DNA of 54,655 bases from Enterobacteria phage mEp021. Positions 40,127-46,524 of the stretch are shown here, one piece after another (the stretch's first letter is position 1; the number at the start of each line of letters is the position of its first letter). Location: the sequence record MH706966. One strand, 5' to 3'. The notes under the pieces were generated by a model. It was not told where the DNA came from. It saw only the letters and a list, made by a program, of their open reading frames with translations, and ran no database searches. Made by a program: the position numbers and the translations under genes.

Positions 40127-41461
40127 TTACGCGGCTTTTATAATTTCTTTATACTTATCTTCCACCATGTTAAAAACCTCTGGTCTGTAGTAGAAAAATT
40201 CGCAACTACCATCAAATTTTACTGGGAAGTTAATTTTGTAATTATTAAGGGTTTTGTGTATCGCGCCTTCTAGTTCATAGATATTTTGTGTCGGACCTTC
40301 TAATGTTTTTACGATATGCAAATCAGGAATCGTTACACCCGCTTTATGTGCGCTACTTAGTATTCTATTTCTTCGTTCGTTTTCCTTAACACTTACCCCT
40401 ACTTTCATTAGCGTTGGTACTTCCAGATCGTCAACCATGATATAAAGTTTGCCGCGTTCGTAGGATAAAAAACCCTTTTTAGCACATTTAGAACAGCCGC
40501 TACCTTCCTTAAGTTTTTGCGGCGTGGTTCGCCACTTATAACCACACACTTTACATAAACACGATACTTTGTTTTTATTCCCTGTTATTTTACCTACCAC
40601 TTTGATATTAGGGTTGATGTTGGCAATGGCTTTTACTTGCTCATCATGTGATATTCTTCGTGCTTGCGATCCTTTTCGTTTCGCACACTTCGGGCAACCA
40701 GTACCTTTTTTAAGGCTGGCTGGAGTAGTTAACCACTCATGACTGCAAGACTTACAGCGGCATAACGTTCTCGTAGTATTGTTAATAATTTTTTCTAATA
40801 CCTCAACGCTAGGACTGGTTTTCGCAATAACTGCAATTTGTTCTTCATGTGATAGTTTGGTGTGTCCGCTACATTTCGGGCAGCCAGTACCATGCTTGAT
40901 GTTGTTGGGAGTTGCTGGCCATTCATGATTGCAAATCTTACATTTGCATAATACTTTTTTTAAACTCGCAGATTAAAAGGGGTTTTATTCAATATTGCTG
41001 TTAACCTTCGCAATAGCTGCAACTTGTTCTTCATGCGTTAATCTTCTATCTGCGCATTTTGGGCAACCTTGCCCGATTTTAAGTGTTTCAGGTCTAGCCA
41101 ACCATTCATGATCACAAACTTTGCAATGGCATAATACCTTTGTTTTATTATTAATAATTACCCCTAACACCTTAATATCAGGATTAACTTTAGCAATAAT
41201 TGCAACCTGTTCTTCGTGTGGTAATGCCCGTTTTTGTGCTCTTTTTAACGCCGCACATTTAGGGCAACCAACACCGCGCTTAAGATCAGCAGGTCTACCA
41301 AACCATTCGTGATTACAAGTTTTGCAGCAGCATGATACTTTTTCCATATTCCCGGTAATTACCCCTATCACCTCGATATTGGGGTTAACTTTTGCAATAG
41401 CGGCAACTTGTTCTTCGTGTGTTAATTTTTTTGTCATAATACCGCTCCTACAATCTTCCAT
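40127..41461 (-). pseudogene. Second Zn-ribbon-array/T5orf172 paralogue (five modules), interrupted by two in-frame TAA codons
   Basis: One 445-codon frame. The track ORFs 40985-41461 and 40127-40600 are its two ends. Stops are at 40985-40987 and 40973-40975, and there is no start codon for the 120 codons in between. Confidence 0.65.
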
Positions 41462-41547
41462 TCCGTCCTACATAACTCCTGCCGAACATTACCAACCAGA
41501 TGCTCCAGATCTCCCGCCATGTGTATTTCTCATTCTTCATACCCGCC

Positions 41548-41802
41548 TCACTTATGAGCGCCTTTTACGCCACATAACTTGTTATAAAAATGGTGCTCAA
41601 CGATTAACCAAACCCTCAGATCTTCACTGAACAGCCGCCAATCAGGATTAATGTCAAACTTCCAGCCATAACCATCGCGTAACTTTTTGGGGTTGGCCTC
41701 TTTCTTCAGGAAAGCATTTAATAAGGCTTTTCCCTTTTTGATGATCCGGTCCTGTGCGTTTTTCTGTGCTTTCAGGTTTTTACCAATCGCCACCAATTTC
41801 AT
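41548..41802 (-). CDS. Basic 84-aa protein (weak RelE/ParE-like look)
   Basis: Trimmed to the ATG with RBS GGGGTGG. ...KKLRDGYGWKFDINPDWRLFSEDLRVWLIVEHH. Confidence 0.5.
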   Translation of the reverse strand: MKLVAIGKNLKAQKNAQDRIIKKGKALLNAFLKKEANPKKLRDGYGWKFDINPDWRLFSEDLRVWLIVEHHFYNKLCGVKGAHK

Positions 41803-41820
41803 AATCCACCCCGCAATCAA

Positions 41821-41976
41821 TTAGTTGACCACTTTCAGGAAGAAATCACAGTATTCATCTTCTTTTGCATTCATCATGAACTGACCGTATTTGAATGCGT
41901 CATCAAAGCCTTTTACAATCGCCACTTCCACCTGTTCGAATGCGTTGTTCAGCATTACCACTACATAGCGTTTCAT
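41821..41976 (-). CDS. Acidic 51-aa protein
   Basis: Trimmed to the ATG with the strong RBS AAGGAGGGG. Its stop is 18 nt upstream of the next gene's start. Confidence 0.45.
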   Translation of the reverse strand: MKRYVVVMLNNAFEQVEVAIVKGFDDAFKYGQFMMNAKEDEYCDFFLKVVN

Positions 41977-42042
41977 GATGCCCCTCCTTTGTTGGTACTG
42001 CTTTCTCTTCTTGCCTCCTATATACATCTTGTTACGTCATGT

Positions 42043-42071
42043 GTGAAGCCATTTTGTAAACTGGGTATAAT
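42043..42071 (+). promoter_or_regulatory. Candidate restart promoter for gpM (TATAAT at 42066-42071) overlapping GCCATTTTGTAAA
   Basis: Consensus -10 hexamer but a poor -35 (GTGAAG). The motif copy lies in the spacer. Confidence 0.3.
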
Positions 42072-42146
42072 TCTTGTGACGAAGTTCTCATTTTTCGCGT
42101 AGAAGCGCGTAAAGATGTATGCAATATGTAACTTATAGGGGGAATC

Positions 42147-42500
42147 ATGCCTGAAGTTTTCAGATGGACGCCGCAAAGAAGCTACAGCGTGACCAGGGAA
42201 CCAAATGTGTCGGTCGTTAAACTTGGTGATGGTTATGAACAGCGCCAGGCTAAAGGGATTAACACGTTGCTTGATAGCTACACCCTGGTTTTTAAAGGCA
42301 GTAGCGCAGGATGCGGTGATAGTGGGAACGTGGCGATCCAGGCAGAAGCATTCTTGAGGGCGCGCGGCGCTGTCGAGGCTTTTTACTGGTCGCCGTCTAT
42401 GGATGGTGTGCAAAGGCTTTTTGTTTGCCGTAGCTGGAGTATGACAAAGGACGGGCCTGTATACACGCTAAACGCAACATTTGAGCAAGTTGTCAGTTAG
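42147..42500 (+). CDS. Minor tail protein M
   Basis: 117 aa. FRWTPQRSYSVTREPNVSVVKLGDGYEQRQAKGIN is typical of lambda gpM. Confidence 0.8.
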   Translation: MPEVFRWTPQRSYSVTREPNVSVVKLGDGYEQRQAKGINTLLDSYTLVFKGSSAGCGDSGNVAIQAEAFLRARGAVEAFYWSPSMDGVQRLFVCRSWSMTKDGPVYTLNATFEQVVS

Positions 42501-42511
42501 TGGGGGTTAAT

Positions 42512-42697
42512 ATGTACGGGACTTGTGTAGTGGACAAAACTGACGCTTTTACATTGTTTGACGACTACGAGATCAACGACCTTACTGTAAAGGCTGACAA
42601 TGGCGATACATGGTATCTTCATGATGTTGGTGATGGTTATGTGGGATGCAGATCCAGAGAAGGCAAGGAGGTTTTATTTTTGGTTGATGGCGTATAA
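42512..42697 (+). CDS. Hypothetical protein (61 aa)
   Basis: Trimmed to the ATG with RBS TGGGGG. Followed by a terminator. Confidence 0.45.
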   Translation: MYGTCVVDKTDAFTLFDDYEINDLTVKADNGDTWYLHDVGDGYVGCRSREGKEVLFLVDGV

Positions 42698-42703
42698 TAA
42701 CAA

Positions 42704-42724
42704 CCCCGCTTCGCGCGGGGTTTT
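42704..42724. terminator. Bidirectional hairpin terminator
   Basis: CCCCGC-TTCGC-GCGGGG followed by TTTTCTT. Closes both the plus-strand and the converging minus-strand units. Confidence 0.65.
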
Positions 42725-42728
42725 CTTG

Positions 42729-42866
42729 TCAGTAGTTAATGTACATCAAACTCATTGGGTGAGCGTGCGCCATATTATTGGCTATCGCCGCCCAGTCCCA
42801 ATCGGCAGCATGAACGCCAAATACTATCAGTCCCATTATTATTAGCGCCAAAACTTCTATTTTCAT
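42729..42866 (-). CDS. Small 45-aa protein with an N-terminal hydrophobic signal/TM segment
   Basis: Not in the track. RBS AGGTGA. MKIEVLALIIMGLIVFGVHAADWDW... Confidence 0.35.
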   Translation of the reverse strand: MKIEVLALIIMGLIVFGVHAADWDWAAIANNMAHAHPMSLMYINY

Positions 42867-42876
42867 AATCTGTCAC

Positions 42877-43125
42877 CTATAAGTTATCACGCAGGTAATT
42901 AACGCCCTTATCAGTGACGAATGAATGGTTTACCTGGTTTTCATCCGTCATGATGATGAATAACTTTTCCTGTAGGTATTTCGCTTTCGGGTACAGTGTT
43001 AAACAGACCTGGTACAGTATCCCGCGCTCAATCAGCAAATCAATAAATTCGTGCTCATGATAACCGATAAGGCGGGCGGCCTGTTTCAACGTGTACACAT
43101 AGTCACCGTGATTACGCCGTGCCAT
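42877..43125 (-). CDS. 82-aa protein with an HTH-like segment
   Basis: Trimmed to MARRNHGDYVYTLKQAARLIGYHEHEFIDLLIERGIL (MerR/AlpA-like helix-turn-helix look). Confidence 0.5.
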   Translation of the reverse strand: MARRNHGDYVYTLKQAARLIGYHEHEFIDLLIERGILYQVCLTLYPKAKYLQEKLFIIMTDENQVNHSFVTDKGVNYLRDNL

Positions 43126-43135
43126 GATTTTATTC

Positions 43136-43369
43136 TCACATATCAAAAAATAGCATGTCAGGTATAAAAGTATCGCCGCAAGAATTTCCATATCCTTTTA
43201 CCGTACTACCATCAATATCAATCACTGTGAGCGGCACAAAATTTAAACAGTCATCGACAGTGAAACGGCTGCCAGAAGGTGTAATGAATAATGGGTATCT
43301 ATTTTTTATATTAAAATCATCATTTTTGTTAGATGTAACAACGAGTTTGATAACACCTATCATCTTCAT
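43136..43369 (-). CDS. Hypothetical protein (77 aa), AT-rich gene
   Basis: ORF in the minus-strand cassette. Confidence 0.5.
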   Translation of the reverse strand: MKMIGVIKLVVTSNKNDDFNIKNRYPLFITPSGSRFTVDDCLNFVPLTVIDIDGSTVKGYGNSCGDTFIPDMLFFDM

Positions 43370-43384
43370 ATATCGGCCTACACT

Positions 43385-43738
43385 TTATTTGCCATTAAAA
43401 CAGCCCAGGTTATCTATGCAGAAGTCTTTTGCCGCTTTTTCGTATTCGCGTTTTGCTTCCGGATCGTCAGCTGGAAAACCTTTTGCGTGTATTTCTCCAG
43501 GGCAAGATTGATCCATAGAATCAGCAAATTCAACATTGACGTTAAAGTTAATATCTTTCGGGTTCATCTCTTCCACCTTATCCGGTACTTGGACCGGAGT
43601 AATATCAAAATCACGATAGTTAAACCCACAGCGAAGTAATTCACGACCTTCATCACGCGCCGCAGCATATGTGTCAAATAGGCCCATGCGTTCCCATCCG
43701 CATTTATTAGTAAACACGTCTAAACTGTATTTTTGCAT
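43385..43738 (-). CDS. Hypothetical protein (117 aa), acidic, several Cys
   Basis: ORF in the minus-strand cassette. Confidence 0.55.
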   Translation of the reverse strand: MQKYSLDVFTNKCGWERMGLFDTYAAARDEGRELLRCGFNYRDFDITPVQVPDKVEEMNPKDINFNVNVEFADSMDQSCPGEIHAKGFPADDPEAKREYEKAAKDFCIDNLGCFNGK

Positions 43739-43750
43739 TTTGTTAACCTC

Positions 43751-43906
43751 TCATTTGACGGGTTCGATCTCGTACCCCAAAACGCGTTCGTCTTCAGCAA
43801 GTAAAAGCGCGTCAACCAGCGCATCGCCTTCATCTTTATACAGGGCCACAAGCATTTCCCTGCCATCAGCCAGGAACACCGTCAACCTCCACACCTTATC
43901 ATCCAT
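43751..43906 (-). CDS. Acidic 51-aa protein, first gene of the cassette
   Basis: Trimmed to the ATG with RBS GGAGGTG. A motif copy lies directly upstream. Confidence 0.45.
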   Translation of the reverse strand: MDDKVWRLTVFLADGREMLVALYKDEGDALVDALLLAEDERVLGYEIEPVK

Positions 43907-43987
43907 CGCACACCTCCGCGCCATTTTGTTAACCCTGCTTCCTTTTGAGTACAATATACATATTGTAAAAAGCGCTATCAACCGTTT

Positions 43988-43996
43988 TGGTATGAT
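43988..43996 (+). promoter_or_regulatory. Extended -10 element TGGTATGAT upstream of gpL
   Basis: Fits the TGnTATnAT pattern, fused to a CCGTTTTGG word. Confidence 0.3.
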
Positions 43997-44033
43997 TTAG
44001 CGTGACGTAGATCACAAATTGCAAGGTGATAAA

Positions 44034-44738
44034 ATGCGCAGCATACCTACAGAAATGATTATTGATTCCGTGGATGCCGGAGTCGGCGCGGTAATTGACT
44101 TGTTTGAATTAGACCTCACGCCCCTGGGTGGCGAGGTTATCCGCTTCCATTCCGGCGCGAATGGCTATTACGGCCCGGTTATCTGGAAGGGGGTGGCCTA
44201 CAACAGCTACCCAATCGAGGCGACTGGCTTCGAAATGAAAAACGAAGGCGTTTACTCACGCCCACAAATGGTAGTAGCCAACATCGGCGGGCTAATCACC
44301 GGGATGAATAACGATTTTAACGACCTGCGAGGAATGAAGGTTACGCGCCGCCAGGTGGAGGTAAAATACCTGGACGCCGTTAATTTCCCCAACGGCAACC
44401 CGGATGCAGATCCATCTATTGAGGCTGTGTCTTTTTACGTCGTTGAAGCGATGAGTGAAGAAACAGCCGACCAGGTGCAATATGAACTGTCAACGCCAAT
44501 TGATGCTGATAAGGCGGTTATCCCTGGGCGCACAATTCTCGCTGACGTTTGCCAGTGGCAATATCGCGGCGACGGTTGCGGATACAGTGGCGGCCCTGTA
44601 GCTACAGATAAAGACGAATCGACCAGCGATCCAAAACTGGATAGATGCAGCCACCGCCTGAGCGGTTGCCGTTTGCGTTTTCCGCGCCCCAACCCGTTAC
44701 CAATTTCCTGTTTCCCGGGATCAAGCAAGGTGGGTTGA
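44034..44738 (+). CDS. Minor tail protein L
   Basis: Trimmed to the ATG with RBS AAGGTGA. Carries the conserved gpL Cys cluster CQWQYRGDGCGY. Confidence 0.85.
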   Translation: MRSIPTEMIIDSVDAGVGAVIDLFELDLTPLGGEVIRFHSGANGYYGPVIWKGVAYNSYPIEATGFEMKNEGVYSRPQMVVANIGGLITGMNNDFNDLRGMKVTRRQVEVKYLDAVNFPNGNPDADPSIEAVSFYVVEAMSEETADQVQYELSTPIDADKAVIPGRTILADVCQWQYRGDGCGYSGGPVATDKDESTSDPKLDRCSHRLSGCRLRFPRPNPLPISCFPGSSKVG

Positions 44739-44740
44739 TT

Positions 44741-45472
44741 ATGGCGCTTGAAGATAAAATGATTCGCTATGCCGCAGCACACCCGGAAGAGGAGGTGTGC
44801 GGGCTGGTGATAGATAACGATTATTTTTACCCGTGCTTAAACGTGTCTGAAACGCCGCACAACAGCTTTAAAATATCGCCTGACGATTATATCAAAGCTG
44901 ACGAATTAGGCGTTATAACCGCCGTTTTTCACTCCCATACTGACAATTCGTTGATATTGTCAGCACGGGATCGACAACAGCAGGTTATTTCCGGCCTGCC
45001 GTGGTATTTGTGTTCCGGCGGCAGGGTTAGAAAGTTCCGCCCGGTGGCGCACCTGTTGGGCCGTAAATTTGAACACGGTAAAACAGATTGTTACTCGCTT
45101 TTCCGTGACGCATATCACCTATGCGGCGTGGATCTGCCCGACTTTGAGCGCCACGATGGGTGGTGGCTGCGTGGGGAAAACCTGTACATAAAAAACCTGC
45201 CATTGAACGGGTTTTTCATGGTTGACGCGCAAAGCATTCAGCCAGGTGATGTGATTATTCGCCAGCCTTTTAAAGGCGCTGACCCATGTCACGCGATGAT
45301 TTACCTGGGCGATAACACCGTTTTGCATCATGACAATGCCGGACTGTTAAGCCGCCGCGAGCAAATGCGGCCAGCTTATGTTAGGCAAACGCATTCAATA
45401 TGGAGATCTGACAAATGCTCAAATTTAGATTTACGGGCAATCTTCGAAGATATTACGGCAAGGTGTGTTTAA
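44741..45472 (+). CDS. Tail assembly protein K (JAB/MPN + NlpC/P60 domains)
   Basis: EEEVCG...AVFHSHTDNS (JAMM-like) followed by GKTDCYSLFRDAY...H (NlpC/P60-like). Confidence 0.85.
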   Translation: MALEDKMIRYAAAHPEEEVCGLVIDNDYFYPCLNVSETPHNSFKISPDDYIKADELGVITAVFHSHTDNSLILSARDRQQQVISGLPWYLCSGGRVRKFRPVAHLLGRKFEHGKTDCYSLFRDAYHLCGVDLPDFERHDGWWLRGENLYIKNLPLNGFFMVDAQSIQPGDVIIRQPFKGADPCHAMIYLGDNTVLHHDNAGLLSRREQMRPAYVRQTHSIWRSDKCSNLDLRAIFEDITARCV

Positions 45473-45945
45473 ACGTTGATACGCCAGCGCAGGGACTTCG
45501 CTTATTGACCGCACAGAATCAGGAGTTCAAGAAGGCTTTTTTAAACACCCCATTGCGCTTGCGAATTGCCGGAAAAGATTACGACGAAAAGACCGCACCC
45601 GCAGCGGTTAACAGTAAATACCAGGATGGTACTACCGTCATTGTTGCGCCAGTGGTGGAAGGCGGTATTGCAGGGATTGGCGTTGTAGGCTGGATTTTGA
45701 TCGGTGTTTCGGTTGTTAGCGTTGCGTTCTCAAGAGTTGTGTCACGCAACATGAAGATAAAAACATCAGCAGAAAGCGCACAAGATAACACCATATCTAA
45801 CAACACATACACCAGCGTTGAAAACAAGGTTGGCCAGGGTAGACCAGTGCCGATCCTGTTGGGTGAAATGAAAATAGGTTCAAACGTCGGATCGTTAGGC
45901 ATAGACACAAGTAATAACAAAGACGCCTTAGACGTTGTAAGTTAA
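45415..45945 (+). CDS. Tail assembly protein I
   Basis: 176 aa. Ubiquitin-like N-terminus with a central hydrophobic segment, and it overlaps K as in lambda. Confidence 0.75.
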   Translation: MLKFRFTGNLRRYYGKVCLNVDTPAQGLRLLTAQNQEFKKAFLNTPLRLRIAGKDYDEKTAPAAVNSKYQDGTTVIVAPVVEGGIAGIGVVGWILIGVSVVSVAFSRVVSRNMKIKTSAESAQDNTISNNTYTSVENKVGQGRPVPILLGEMKIGSNVGSLGIDTSNNKDALDVVS

Positions 45946-45957
45946 TAGGGGGTTACA

Positions 45958-46524
45958 GTGAACTGGTCTGAATTGTTTGTTTATGATGAAGATTCTCCTT
46001 CATGTTTAAGGTGGAAAGTCACCGCTAACAGCAGAACGGCGAGGACTGGCGATGCGGCAGGAAAAATAGTAGCGGCAAAAAGCGGCAATAAGTACTGGAA
46101 AATCACATGGAAGGGCCGTCGCTATTATGCTCACCGGATTGTTTACGAATTATGCAGTGGCAGAAAATTAAAACGCAGTGAGATCATCGATCACATTGAT
46201 GGTAATGGGCTTAATAATAAATTCAATAACATACGCGTAACAGATAAAAAAGGTAACGCCAGAAATATGACCATAGGTCGCGCGACAAGGGAGAGCGGAT
46301 TGCCATTTGGGATATGTTGGCACGCAGAAGGGAGATCTATTAGAGCACGTATCACCGCTGATAACGACAAAAGAGTTAGTAAATCATTTAGCGTTATAGC
46401 GTGCGGTGGACTTGAAATGGCTATTAATGCCGCCGTCGCGTGGCGGTCATTCATGATTGAAGAGCTAAATAAAGCTGGCGCAGGATACACGAAATTACAC
46501 GAAACAGGGGGTTTATATGTCTAG
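45958..46524 (+). CDS. HNH homing endonuclease with AP2-type domain (second copy)
   Basis: GTG start with RBS AGGGGG. IIDHIDGNGLNNKFNNIRVTDKKGNARN plus GLPFGICWHAEGRSIRARI. Inserted between I and J. Confidence 0.8.
   Translation: MNWSELFVYDEDSPSCLRWKVTANSRTARTGDAAGKIVAAKSGNKYWKITWKGRRYYAHRIVYELCSGRKLKRSEIIDHIDGNGLNNKFNNIRVTDKKGNARNMTIGRATRESGLPFGICWHAEGRSIRARITADNDKRVSKSFSVIACGGLEMAINAAVAWRSFMIEELNKAGAGYTKLHETGGLYV

Noticed and set aside
42600-42845. 81-aa plus-strand ORF crossing the bidirectional terminator
   Set aside because: It overlaps the end of the 61-aa gene in another frame. It reads through the terminator hairpin and lies antisense to a better-supported 45-aa ORF with a good RBS.
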